Shown piece after piece: positions 1 to 9,278 of a stretch of DNA of 64,000 nt. The notes under the pieces were generated by a model. It saw nothing but the letters and a program-made list of their open reading frames with translations. It did not search any database and had not been told where the DNA came from. The position numbers and the translations under genes are program-made. The first letter of the stretch is position 1. Each line of letters starts with the position of its first letter. Source of the DNA: Candidatus Avelusimicrobium gallinaceum (GTDB lineage Bacteria > Elusimicrobiota > Elusimicrobia > Elusimicrobiales > Elusimicrobiaceae). The stretch lies in NCBI GenBank assembly GCA_944324965.1, contig CALUYH010000001.1, forward strand, positions 42,816 to 106,815, written 5' to 3'.

Positions 1-61
1 GGGCCTGCAACGCGGCGGAAGAAAAGATACAGAAAGCAAAAAATAAAATAAACTTTTTCAT
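1..61 (-). CDS. 5' end of a secreted protein, truncated by the window edge
   Basis: ATG at 61 reads MKKFILFFAFCIFSSAALQA, a typical Sec signal peptide, and stays open to the edge. Confidence 0.6.
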   Translation of the reverse strand, partial: MKKFILFFAFCIFSSAALQA

Positions 62-157
62 ATACTTCATTTAACCAAATTTCAGGCCTTTTCGGCACAT
101 TTTTTAAGGTCCGCAGGTTTCTTCTTTTACCGGAGGATATTTGGTAGAATAAAAAAG

Positions 158-1372
158 ATGAAGAAAATTTTACTCCTTTTGGCTTTCTTTTCTGTATGCG
201 CCACCAGCGATGCGGCGCGGATTATCCGCGGGCCTTATATTGAGGACCCGACCCAAACTACGATGATTTTAAGATGGCAGACGGACGAAGTAACCCCCGC
301 CTGGCTGGAATACGGCCCTGTGCCGCGCTGCAACCAGATTATGACGATTACCCCCGCCGCCGCCCAGCACAAAGCCATTTTGTACGGCCTCGTGCCCAAC
401 CAGGATTTCTGCTACCGCCTATATGTGAATAATGCCGCGGGGGACGGCGTGCAGGAACCGATTACGGGCACATTCCGCACCTTGTACTCGGCCGAGCGCA
501 AAGTGGTGAACTTTTTAGCCCTGGGCGCCACGGGGGCGGATATCCCGTTGCCGCTGCCGGACGGTACCCCGGTGGTGGACGAAGCCGCCGCGGCCCGCAC
601 GCAGCTGGCGACGTTGATGGAGCAGGAAGATGCCGACTTTTTAATCCATACCGGCAATATCACGCACAGCGGGCTGAATGAAGACGCCGACCGCGAATTT
701 TTTGAACCGTTCAAACACGTATTGGCCAAAACGCCGCTGTTTGTTGCGTTGGGGCCCAACGAATACGGCCCGGACCGCGCCAGCCAGGAGAGCAAATCCT
801 TCCTGCGCACGAATTATTCGCGCTACCACGATATGTCCTGGAGCAACGCCACGCCCAAATACTATTCGTTTGATACGGCCAACGCGCGCTTTGTGTTTTT
901 GGATACCAACGTGGCCGAAGGCGCCGCGTGGGGACCGGAAATCGGCCCGGATTCGGCGCAAGTCAAATGGTTAAAAACCACGCTGGCCGGCGCGGGTGAA
1001 AAGTGGAAAATCGTGGTGATGAATGCCCCGGCCTATTCCACGGGGGCTCGCGGAGCCAACAGCCAAGTGGCCGAAAACCTGGTGAAGATTTTTGAAGATT
1101 ACCGCGTCAAACTGGTCATCCAGGGCGGCGACGCCGATTACGAACGCACCTTCCCGATGTACCGCGGGGAACCCAATCCGCGCGGGGTGACGTACGTGAC
1201 GTTGGGCACTTCCGCCCCGACGCCCGAAAAACGCGCCTCGTCCGATTCTTCCACCGCGCGCTTTGTGGCGGCGCGGCATTATGCGTCCGGCAAAATTGTG
1301 GACCGCAAACTGACGCTGAAAGTGTACAGCGAAACCGGCAAAGAGTTGGACACGGTGGAAATTTATCTGTAA
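158..1372 (+). CDS. Secreted purple-acid-phosphatase/metallophosphoesterase-fold protein with degenerate metal ligands
   Basis: Signal peptide; FN3-like PAP N-domain (IIRGPY..IRWQT..LYGLVPNQDFCY); YYSFD, FVFLDT, QVKWL and YER blocks are present, but the catalytic motifs are altered. Confidence 0.75.
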   Translation: MKKILLLLAFFSVCATSDAARIIRGPYIEDPTQTTMILRWQTDEVTPAWLEYGPVPRCNQIMTITPAAAQHKAILYGLVPNQDFCYRLYVNNAAGDGVQEPITGTFRTLYSAERKVVNFLALGATGADIPLPLPDGTPVVDEAAAARTQLATLMEQEDADFLIHTGNITHSGLNEDADREFFEPFKHVLAKTPLFVALGPNEYGPDRASQESKSFLRTNYSRYHDMSWSNATPKYYSFDTANARFVFLDTNVAEGAAWGPEIGPDSAQVKWLKTTLAGAGEKWKIVVMNAPAYSTGARGANSQVAENLVKIFEDYRVKLVIQGGDADYERTFPMYRGEPNPRGVTYVTLGTSAPTPEKRASSDSSTARFVAARHYASGKIVDRKLTLKVYSETGKELDTVEIYL

Positions 1373-1376
1373 GGTT

Positions 1377-1419
1377 GGCTGATAGCAAAACGCCCGGGGC
1401 AAAAGCCTCGGGCGTTTTT
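1377..1419. repeat. 43-bp direct repeat, copy 1 (contains an intrinsic terminator)
   Basis: GGCTGATAGCAAAACGCCCGGGGCAAAAGCCTCGGGCGTTTTT, identical to 2029-2071. Confidence 0.95.
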
Positions 1420-1481
1420 ATTTGGTTGAATACCCAAGCGGAAAACAAAAACCTGGCCATGTACGGGTGGTGTGGAAAGCC

Positions 1482-1506
1482 TTGACTCGTTTTTTTTTGA
1501 TAAATT
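1482..1506 (+). promoter_or_regulatory. Pilin promoter with T9 tract (13-nt spacer)
   Basis: TTGACT-CG-T9-GA-TAAATT, with ATG 6 nt downstream. Confidence 0.7.
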
Positions 1507-1512
1507 TTGTCT

Positions 1513-2025
1513 ATGAGCACAACTTATCAAAAAACCTTCCCGGCGGGGAAAAACGCCGGATTTACGCTGATAGAGCTGTTAGTAGTGGTTTTAATTATTG
1601 GCATTCTGTCGGCAGTTGCCTTGCCGCAGTATGAAAAGGCCGTGGGCAAAGCCCGGCTGACGGAAGGGATAACGGCCCTCAAAGCCATTACGGACGCGCA
1701 GGAAATTTATTATATGGCCAACGGGGCGTATACCGATGATTTAAGTTTGTTGGATATAGATGTGGAGCCGGAAGGAAAGTATTTTAACTATCAATGCGGC
1801 GGAGAAACAGCTATCCGCACGTGTTACGCCCGCCCTAAACTGGCGGATTATCCGGTTTTAGAGTTTCATATGCAAAACGTAGGGGATGCCCGTCACCTGG
1901 GAAAGCATTGGTGCCAGGTGGCACAGAGCGTTGTCCGCACCGAAAAAGCGACGGCTTTGTGCCGTGCGGTGGGACAGCCGGACCCGGAAATGACAAGCGG
2001 TGTATACTATTTAATTAATAACTGA
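1513..2025 (+). CDS. Type IV pilin (PilE-like), copy 1
   Basis: Class III signal AG|[16 protein letters not shown]; Cys-rich variable C-terminal region. Confidence 0.92.
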   Translation: MSTTYQKTFPAGKNAGFTLIELLVVVLIIGILSAVALPQYEKAVGKARLTEGITALKAITDAQEIYYMANGAYTDDLSLLDIDVEPEGKYFNYQCGGETAIRTCYARPKLADYPVLEFHMQNVGDARHLGKHWCQVAQSVVRTEKATALCRAVGQPDPEMTSGVYYLINN

Positions 2026-2028
2026 TTG

Positions 2029-2071
2029 GGCTGATAGCAAAACGCCCGGGGCAAAAGCCTCGGGCGTTTTT
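2029..2071. repeat. 43-bp direct repeat, copy 2 (bidirectional terminator)
   Basis: Identical to 1377-1419; lies between the convergent pilin and rlmB genes. Confidence 0.95.
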
Positions 2072-2084
2072 TGTGGTGAATTGG

Positions 2085-2831
2085 CTATTTTAATTGGATT
2101 TTGGCCATCATATCGTACATAATAATACTGGCCGCGGCCGACGCGTTTAAACTTTCCACGCCGCCGTGCTGGGGAATGGAAATAATTTCGTCGCAATTTT
2201 CGGCCGTCTTTTCGCGGATGCCGAACCCTTCCGAGCCGATAACCAACACGGCGGGGGAAGCGTAATCCATCGTGTTAATGGGTTTGCCGGCCATATCGGC
2301 GCCGTACACCCAAAAACCTTCTTCTTTCAGGTCGTTTAATGCGGCCGAGAGGTTGGCCACTTCTACGATGTTCACGTTTTCAATCGCGCCGCAGGCCACT
2401 TTGTACACGGCAGGCGTAATTCCCACGGTGCGCCGCTGCGGCAGGATGATGGTGGAAAAGCCCAAACACGCCGCACTGCGGATGATAGCGCCCAGGTTTT
2501 GCGGGTCGGTCATTTCGTCCACGGCAAGCCACAGGTCTTTTTTGTTTCCGTCGGATTCGTAGAGCGCGTTGGAAAGTTTCATCAGCTTAATGGGTTGCAC
2601 TTTGGCCATCACGCCCTGGTGGTTGGCGTTGCGGGTCAAACGGTCCAGGGTTTTGTTGTCAATCCGGTCAATTTTGGCGTTGCAGCGTTTGGCCAGGCGG
2701 ATGATTTCTTCCACCGCGCGGTGGCCGGCCTTGCTGTCGGAAACGTACAGCTGGGTTACGTTGCGTTTTTTGCTTCTCAGCGCTTCCATTACGGGGTGAA
2801 TGCCGTAAATCATATCCAAATTGTCGTTCAT
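2085..2831 (-). CDS. rlmB: 23S rRNA (Gm2251) 2'-O-methyltransferase, TrmH/SpoU family
   Basis: IYGIHPVMEAL, NHQGV, DPQNLGAIIRSA, GSEGFG and ESLNAS motifs. Confidence 0.9.
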   Translation of the reverse strand: MNDNLDMIYGIHPVMEALRSKKRNVTQLYVSDSKAGHRAVEEIIRLAKRCNAKIDRIDNKTLDRLTRNANHQGVMAKVQPIKLMKLSNALYESDGNKKDLWLAVDEMTDPQNLGAIIRSAACLGFSTIILPQRRTVGITPAVYKVACGAIENVNIVEVANLSAALNDLKEEGFWVYGADMAGKPINTMDYASPAVLVIGSEGFGIREKTAENCDEIISIPQHGGVESLNASAAASIIMYDMMAKIQLK

Positions 2832-2841
2832 TTAAAACTCC

Positions 2842-3942
2842 TTATCCAATATCGGCAGAACCAAAGCTCATGCCCACTTGCAGGGCGGCCTGCACTTCGG
2901 GCCCGTGCGGGTCCACCAGTTTAAGTTTCGAAATAGCATCGGCAATTTTTACTTCCGTAATCTGGAAGTCGCGGAACGCGGCCATATACCCGAACTGGCC
3001 GTTTAACACCATATCCAGCGCTTTGGCGCCGTACAGGGTGGAAAGCCAGCGGTCAAACGCCGTGGGCGTGCCGCCGCGCTGGGTGTGCCCCAGCACGCAG
3101 GCGCGGGATTCAATTTTGGTGCGGTCTTCAATCATATTGCTTAATTTGTAAGCAATCCCGCCCAGGCGGATGGGGTCCGTGCTGCCGGGCAGCGTGCGGG
3201 CCACGGTTTGTTCGCCCAGTTCGTTTTTGGCGCCTTCGGCCGCCACTACAATACTGAAGTTTTTGCCTTTGGCTTTGCGGTCCAAAATGTAGTTGACGAT
3301 CACGTCCTCGTTATACGGAATTTCCGGAATCAGCACAATGTCGCCCCCGCCCGCAATGGCCGAGCGCAAAGCAATCCAGCCCGCATAGCGGCCCATCGTT
3401 TCAATAATCATCACGCGGTGGTGGCTTTGGGCGGTGGTGTGCAGGCGGTCAATGGCTTCGGTAGCGACGGCCAGGGCCGAGTCAAACCCGAAGGTTTGGT
3501 CGGTGGCGGAGAGGTCGTTATCAATGGTTTTCGGCACGGCCACAATGGGCATACCCAAATCCACAAACTGCTGGGACATATGTAACGTGCCGTCCCCGCC
3601 GATGGTGATTAACGCGTCCAGCTGGTTTTCTTTAAAGTTATGCAGCGCCACGGCGGACATATCCTTCGGGTCTTCCGGCGTGCCGAACGGCGGCAGGGTG
3701 TATTTAAAGGGGTTTGCAATGTTGCTGGTACCCAAAATGGTGCCGCCCAGCGTTAAAATGCCGGATACGGTATCGTCTGTGATGGTTAAAAATTCATTGC
3801 GTACCAGGCCGTCAAAGCCGTTTCTAAAGCCCAGTACTTCAATGCCATGGCGCAGGGCGTTTTTGCTTACGGCGCGCACCACGGCGTTTAAACCGGGGCA
3901 ATCGCCCCCGGCGGTTAAAATACCAATTCTTTTAATGCTCAT
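2842..3942 (-). CDS. pfkA: 6-phosphofructokinase
   Basis: GGDCPGLN, GGTILGT, GGDGT, PKTIDND and MGRYAG motifs. Confidence 0.92.
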   Translation of the reverse strand: MSIKRIGILTAGGDCPGLNAVVRAVSKNALRHGIEVLGFRNGFDGLVRNEFLTITDDTVSGILTLGGTILGTSNIANPFKYTLPPFGTPEDPKDMSAVALHNFKENQLDALITIGGDGTLHMSQQFVDLGMPIVAVPKTIDNDLSATDQTFGFDSALAVATEAIDRLHTTAQSHHRVMIIETMGRYAGWIALRSAIAGGGDIVLIPEIPYNEDVIVNYILDRKAKGKNFSIVVAAEGAKNELGEQTVARTLPGSTDPIRLGGIAYKLSNMIEDRTKIESRACVLGHTQRGGTPTAFDRWLSTLYGAKALDMVLNGQFGYMAAFRDFQITEVKIADAISKLKLVDPHGPEVQAALQVGMSFGSADIG

Positions 3943-3952
3943 GTCCCCTCCG

Positions 3953-5644
3953 TTATAAATACGCGGCTAGTACGCTCAGTATCCACAGCACAAAAAACTG
4001 CCCGTCAATTAAGGTTTCGTCCTTCACGCTGCGGGTACTGCTCTTGCTATAATAATATATTACAATAAAAACGGTATACAAATGCCCGATGAGCAGCATC
4101 CCCACCAGGGCCGGTTTCCAGGTGAGCGACAACAGCGTTCCCAACGCGCCCGTCAGTGCCAAGAGCACCAGCGTAACGGCCCACTTGGTTTTCTTCATTC
4201 CAAAGGCTTTATAAAAACTTTCCCGCCCGATGATTAAATCTTTATTGGCGGACGTAAACCCCAGCGTGACCGAGCGCATAAACACGAGTAGCAGCGTGTA
4301 AAACACGGCCAGATACGCCGCCTTGCGCAATAGCATCCCCTGGCTGTACGCCGGCAGGAACGCGCACGCATACGCCCAGCCCAGCGCGGTGACGATATCC
4401 TTGGTGCCGGGGAAAGACAGCAGCTGCAACTTAAAAATGTGGCGGTACGGGTACGCAAACCCGAGCGCCAAGAATATCGCCCCCAGCAGTAGGGCCCCTT
4501 TGTCAACCGTCAGCGCACACAACAGGGCTCCCGTGGCGGCTACCCACGCGGCAGCCGTTAAGAAGCGTTTGTTTTGGCCGGGGCCTTTTTCGGCCGCGCG
4601 GTTAAAGGCGGTCAGCGCGTAGACAAACAGCCCCGCAAAAGCCACCAAATGGCTGTCGGTCGGTATGCCTTCCAGCCGCATGCACACATACGCCAGTGCG
4701 GCCGCGGCAAATGCCGTGTAAAAGCAGTTGCGCACCAAAAAGTGCCACGTTTTTCCCGCCAGGCCCGACAAAATGGATTTGGCATTGGGGGTGCGCAAGT
4801 CGCGTACGCGGGCGGCCACGCGGTCAATCACCCAGTTGGGGGTGGAAGCGCCGGCCGTAATAAAAATTTTCTTGGCACGCTGCACTGGGGCGGGTTCCAG
4901 TTCTTCTTCGGTTTCCACGTGCAGCACCGCCGGGGCCAGCCCTTTGCACAGCAAGGCCAGCCGCGCCGTGTTGGCGCTGTGGCGGCCGCCTACGACAATT
5001 ACCAAATCGGCGCTTTTGGCCAGTTCAATGGTTTCTTTTTGGCGGTCCTTGGTGGGTTGGCAAATGGTGTTGGAAATTTGGCAAACGTCGGCGTGTTTTT
5101 TGACTTCTTCGGCCGTTTCGTAAAATACGCTTTCTTTTTGGGTGGTTTGGGAAACGACGTTTACTTTGCCAAAGTGCGGCAGGCGGGCGGCCTCTTCCGG
5201 CCCGGATACGACAACCCCTCTGCCCTGCGTATAGCCCAGCAGGCCGATTACTTCGGCGTGGCCACTGTCACCCACGATAACGGTGTGGTAGCCTTGTTCG
5301 GCAAATTTGGCAATGATGTTTTGCGCGTGTTTTACAAGCGGGCAGGTAGCGTCCACCACTTCCATTCCGCAGGATTCCACTTCCTGCTGGAACTGCGGCG
5401 TAATGCCGTGGGCGCGGATGACCAGCACGCCGGCTTTATCGGCCGCGTCCTGCGGGCGGTCAATGGCGGTGATTTGCTTGGCAGCCAGCATATCGGTCAC
5501 TTGTTTGTTGTGAATCAAGGGGCCAATGGTGTAGACCGGCTTTTTGCCGGCGGCTTCCAATTCCAGCACTTTGTCTATGGCGCGCTTTACGCCCGGGCAA
5601 AAGCCCGCGCTTTTGGCAACGGTGACGTCCTGTTCTTTTTCCAT
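3953..5644 (-). CDS. ispH: IspH (HMBPP reductase) fused to a UbiA-like multi-TM domain
   Basis: AGFCPGV, IRAHG, DATCP, SQTT, NTIC, SANT and AGASTP motifs, followed by a hydrophobic multi-TM C-terminal half. Start placed at 5644. Confidence 0.88.
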   Translation of the reverse strand: MEKEQDVTVAKSAGFCPGVKRAIDKVLELEAAGKKPVYTIGPLIHNKQVTDMLAAKQITAIDRPQDAADKAGVLVIRAHGITPQFQQEVESCGMEVVDATCPLVKHAQNIIAKFAEQGYHTVIVGDSGHAEVIGLLGYTQGRGVVVSGPEEAARLPHFGKVNVVSQTTQKESVFYETAEEVKKHADVCQISNTICQPTKDRQKETIELAKSADLVIVVGGRHSANTARLALLCKGLAPAVLHVETEEELEPAPVQRAKKIFITAGASTPNWVIDRVAARVRDLRTPNAKSILSGLAGKTWHFLVRNCFYTAFAAAALAYVCMRLEGIPTDSHLVAFAGLFVYALTAFNRAAEKGPGQNKRFLTAAAWVAATGALLCALTVDKGALLLGAIFLALGFAYPYRHIFKLQLLSFPGTKDIVTALGWAYACAFLPAYSQGMLLRKAAYLAVFYTLLLVFMRSVTLGFTSANKDLIIGRESFYKAFGMKKTKWAVTLVLLALTGALGTLLSLTWKPALVGMLLIGHLYTVFIVIYYYSKSSTRSVKDETLIDGQFFVLWILSVLAAYL

Positions 5645-5709
5645 ACTTATATTATAGGAAATTAGCGGGCAGGCCGTGGGCGGGCGTCCATTTTTTCTAT
5701 AATAGGAAT

Positions 5710-7758
5710 ATGAACAAAATGATGATGAGTGTGGCAGCCCTGGCGCTGCCGTGCGCGGCGTTTGCCGGCGCATACGGCGATATGTTCAAAGACGGACACC
5801 TCCGCTTTGACTATACGCCGCAGGAAATTGCCGCTCTGGAGGCGCAGGCCGCTAAAGAGCTGGAAGTCAATTTGAACTTTTTAGCCAAAATCCCCGCTCA
5901 AGACCGGGATTTTAACAACACGGTCCTCGCGTTGGAAAGTGCGTATACGTCCTATTGGTTCGTACCCAAGAACCTGTCGCTGCTGGCCTACTTCCATGCG
6001 GACCCGGCCGTGCGCGAAGCGGCCGCCCGGCTGGAAACGAAAGGAAGCCAAACCAAGGCCGCCGTGTTTGCCCGCAAGGATATTTACCGGGCTTTAAAGG
6101 AATACGCGGACACCAACCCGCGCCTGGCGCACGAGGACGCGCGCCTGATGGTCAAATGGCTGGAGCGCTACGAACGCGCGGGGATGGCACTTTCCGACAA
6201 AGAAGCCGCCGAATACGCCCGCTTAAATACCGAACGCTTAAATAAAATTACGCAGTTTAACGTCAATTTGAACAATTATCAGGACGAACTGCACGTCACG
6301 CGCGAAGAACTGGACGGCCTGGGGGAAACCTACATCAACCGCCTGGGCCGCACGGACGACGGGAAATACATCGTCACGCTCAAATACCCGGACTACAACC
6401 CGTTTATGGCCTCGGCCAAGAGCGAAAAAGCCCGCAAAGCCCTGCAGGAAAAATTCGCCCGCCGCGGCGGGAAGGAAAACGTCACCCTGCTGGAGGACAC
6501 GTTGGAATTGCGCCGCCGGCAAGCCGCCCTGCTCGGATACAAGCAATACCCCGATTACGTGCTGCCGGTGCGGATGGCCAAAAACTATAAAACACTGGAA
6601 AAATTTTTAAAGGGGCTGCAAAAGGAAGTCACCCCGCTGGCGCAAAAAGAGCTGAAGGAATACTTAAAATTTAAGGAAGAAACCACCGGCCAAAAAGCCG
6701 ACGAAATGCCCGCCTGGGAACTGCCGTATTGGGAAAACGAATACAAAAAGAAATACTACCAAGTGGACAACGATAAAATCAAAGAGTATTTTCAGGCGGA
6801 CCGCGTGATTGCCGGAATGTTTGACATCTTTGGCAACTTGTTTGGCGTGACGTTTGAAAAAGCGGATTTGCCCACCTGGCACCCGGACGTGCTGGTGTAC
6901 CAAATCAAGGACAAAAAAAGCGGGGAGCTGATTTCCAATTTTTACCTGGATATGTTCCCGCGCGAGGGCAAATACACCCACGCGGCCACGTGGAGCTTTG
7001 TGGACCGGTTCCAACTGCCGGACGGTTCGTACCAGACGCCTTCGGTGGTGATTGCGGCCAACTTTACGCCCGCGGGCAACGGCGTGCCGGCGCTGATGGA
7101 ACACAGCGAGGTGGAAACGCTGTTCCACGAATTCGGGCACGTGCTGCAAATGTCTATGGCTACGTCCAAATACGCTACGCTGACGGGCGACAATGTGGCC
7201 TGGGACTATATTGAAACCCATTCCCAACTGTTGGAAAACTGGGCCTGGCAGCCGCAGGTGATTAAACAAATTTCCGCGCATTACAAAACGGGCGAACCGT
7301 TGCCGGACGAGATGATTGACGCGTTGGTCAAATCCAAAAAAGCCGGCGCGGCCACGGCGTTTATCCGCCAGAACTTTTTGGGCCAGTTTGACGTAGCCGC
7401 CCACGCCGCCGATAAACGCGTGGACACCACGAAACTCTACGCCCAAATGATGAAGGACATCACCGGCATTCCGATGACGCCGGGAACCTATCCGCAGGCG
7501 AGTTTCGGGCACATTATGTCGCTTACGGACCCGTACGACGTGGGGTATTACGTGTATGCGTGGTCGCTGGTGATTGCGCAGGATATCTTTAGCCAATTCC
7601 AGCAGCAAGGCCTCTTTAATGCCGAGCTGGGCGCGCGCTTGCGCGAATATGTGTACACGCCCGGCACTGTGTATGACGAAAACGAAATGGTGGAAAAATT
7701 CCTGGGCCGCCCGTATAATGATAAAGCCTTCTTAAAGGACTTGGGCATTTCCGATTAG
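5710..7758 (+). CDS. M3 family metallopeptidase (thimet/oligopeptidase A-like) with signal peptide
   Basis: FHEFGH zinc motif; FYLDMFPREGK, LLENW and GYYVYAWS. Confidence 0.9.
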   Translation: MNKMMMSVAALALPCAAFAGAYGDMFKDGHLRFDYTPQEIAALEAQAAKELEVNLNFLAKIPAQDRDFNNTVLALESAYTSYWFVPKNLSLLAYFHADPAVREAAARLETKGSQTKAAVFARKDIYRALKEYADTNPRLAHEDARLMVKWLERYERAGMALSDKEAAEYARLNTERLNKITQFNVNLNNYQDELHVTREELDGLGETYINRLGRTDDGKYIVTLKYPDYNPFMASAKSEKARKALQEKFARRGGKENVTLLEDTLELRRRQAALLGYKQYPDYVLPVRMAKNYKTLEKFLKGLQKEVTPLAQKELKEYLKFKEETTGQKADEMPAWELPYWENEYKKKYYQVDNDKIKEYFQADRVIAGMFDIFGNLFGVTFEKADLPTWHPDVLVYQIKDKKSGELISNFYLDMFPREGKYTHAATWSFVDRFQLPDGSYQTPSVVIAANFTPAGNGVPALMEHSEVETLFHEFGHVLQMSMATSKYATLTGDNVAWDYIETHSQLLENWAWQPQVIKQISAHYKTGEPLPDEMIDALVKSKKAGAATAFIRQNFLGQFDVAAHAADKRVDTTKLYAQMMKDITGIPMTPGTYPQASFGHIMSLTDPYDVGYYVYAWSLVIAQDIFSQFQQQGLFNAELGARLREYVYTPGTVYDENEMVEKFLGRPYNDKAFLKDLGISD

Positions 7759-7773
7759 TAAATGCTGAAGCAT

Positions 7774-7807
7774 AAAAAATCCGCGCTCTAAAAAGCGCGG
7801 ATTTTTT
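7774..7807. terminator. Bidirectional intrinsic terminator
   Basis: AAAAAATCCGCGCT...AGCGCGGATTTTTT between convergent genes. Confidence 0.85.
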
Positions 7808-7820
7808 GTGTGTCAAAAAA

Positions 7821-8678
7821 CTATTGGGGAATCCAATTTTTTAAAGCTACCCACGACAAAAGCGAAATCCCCACCAACACAAACAGCAACACAATAATCC
7901 ATATTCCGCGGAAACCCGTGTTTTCGGGGGTGGAAATTTCGGAACGGTTGGAGCATAACGCTTTTATCATTGCTTCGGCGCGCAGTTCGGCCGGATCGGC
8001 TTTGGTGTTGGGCACCAGCGTGGCCGTGCTGGACGGGCTGGCTTCATCCAAGCGCACGATGACGTTTTCCAGCTCGTGCAGCAGTTGCAGCGCCCGAAAA
8101 CGGAACTGTTGGAATTGTGCCAGCGGCATTTGGGCGTTTTCGTGGTAGACGAGGGCGTTGTCGTTTAATTCCAAATAAATGTTGTTGCGCGTTTTTAAGA
8201 GTCCGATGATGTACGGCGTCAGCACCAGGGCCGAAGCCGGTGTGGGCGCGTGGATGCGGTAGCGGCTGTCTATCTGCGGGATGTTGGTTTTCATCAGCGC
8301 ATATTGCGAAGGCGCAAACGGGGAATCAATCGGCGCGATTTTAAGTGCCGGGAATTGGCGTTTTTTCAGCTCCGCGGTAAAAATGGTGAAGTGTATGGGT
8401 TTGGTTTTGGGGTTGTCGTCCTTGTAAATGTTATCGTCAGCCACGCGGATAAAAGCAAAATTATCCGAGCAGGTGCACACGTTTTGGTATTGGTGGAAAT
8501 ACAACGTAAAAAATTCCAGCCGCCCGGCGGTTTGTTCGGTAGTGACGGAGTCTTTTTCCCGGTCGTAGCGGCAGCCGTTCATTTTGGCCATACGGGCAAT
8601 TTGCGCCGCGCGGGTGCGCGCCGTGGCAATCAGTCCGGCCCCGCAGGCCAGTATTAATAATAAAAGAATTATATCCAT
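7821..8678 (-). CDS. Hypothetical membrane protein with N- and C-terminal TM helices
   Basis: Long ORF with hydrophobic ends; TATGAT lies 7 nt upstream of the ATG. Confidence 0.7.
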   Translation of the reverse strand: MDIILLLLILACGAGLIATARTRAAQIARMAKMNGCRYDREKDSVTTEQTAGRLEFFTLYFHQYQNVCTCSDNFAFIRVADDNIYKDDNPKTKPIHFTIFTAELKKRQFPALKIAPIDSPFAPSQYALMKTNIPQIDSRYRIHAPTPASALVLTPYIIGLLKTRNNIYLELNDNALVYHENAQMPLAQFQQFRFRALQLLHELENVIVRLDEASPSSTATLVPNTKADPAELRAEAMIKALCSNRSEISTPENTGFRGIWIIVLLFVLVGISLLSWVALKNWIPQ

Positions 8679-8750
8679 ATAAGATATCATAGCAAAAAGC
8701 AAAAAGGAGTTTGCTATAATTTACCCATCTTTTATAAAGGGGGACAAGGT

Positions 8751-9149
8751 ATGTCTTTAGCAAAAAGAGGGTGGTTGGTGTGTATGGGGCTGTGTCTGCT
8801 TGGCGGGTGCGCCCTGTGGCAGGAAACCCAGGCCCCGGTTGTACCGGCGGACGGTGTGCAGGTGGAGGGCGTTACGTTGGTGGCCCAGCCGCCGGCGGCT
8901 ACCTGCCAGTTTAAAGGGGCCGTCTTGGGCGACACCAATCCGGATGTGTCCGGTTTGCCGGAGTCTATCTTAAATTTAAACGAAACCATCCGCCAAGGGC
9001 TTGTTTCCAGCGCCCGGCAAATGGGCGGCAACACGGTGTGGGTGCGCACGAAAAGTTGGCAAAACCCCGATGTGGATACCGACTATTCCCAAATGTTTTA
9101 TGTAAACAATGTGGAATACGGTGCGCTGGTGTACCAGTGCCCGAACTAA
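8751..9149 (+). CDS. Small lipoprotein (DUF4156-like)
   Basis: Lipobox LLGGC; C.FKGAV, A..MGGNTV and VYQC pattern. Confidence 0.7.
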   Translation: MSLAKRGWLVCMGLCLLGGCALWQETQAPVVPADGVQVEGVTLVAQPPAATCQFKGAVLGDTNPDVSGLPESILNLNETIRQGLVSSARQMGGNTVWVRTKSWQNPDVDTDYSQMFYVNNVEYGALVYQCPN

Positions 9150-9165
9150 GCAAAAAGTCCTTTGT

Positions 9166-9194
9166 AAACCGCCCGCTTTAAACGGGCGGTTTTT
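9166..9194 (+). terminator. Intrinsic terminator upstream of pilin 2
   Basis: AAACCGCCCG...CGGGCGGTTTTT. Confidence 0.8.
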
Positions 9195-9244
9195 ATTTGC
9201 GGGGGATAAAACGCGTGTTGCGAAAGGGAAAAAATGAACAGGGC

Positions 9245-9272
9245 TTGACTCGTTTTTTTTTTTTGATAAATT
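9245..9272 (+). promoter_or_regulatory. Pilin promoter with T12 tract (16-nt spacer)
   Basis: TTGACT-CG-T12-GA-TAAATT-N6-ATG. Confidence 0.75.
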
Positions 9273-9278
9273 TTGCGT

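Noticed and set aside
1504-1523. Invertible switch between the pilin inverted repeats
   Set aside because: Only 20 bp separate the arms, all four copies have the same orientation, and no recombinase is present in the window.
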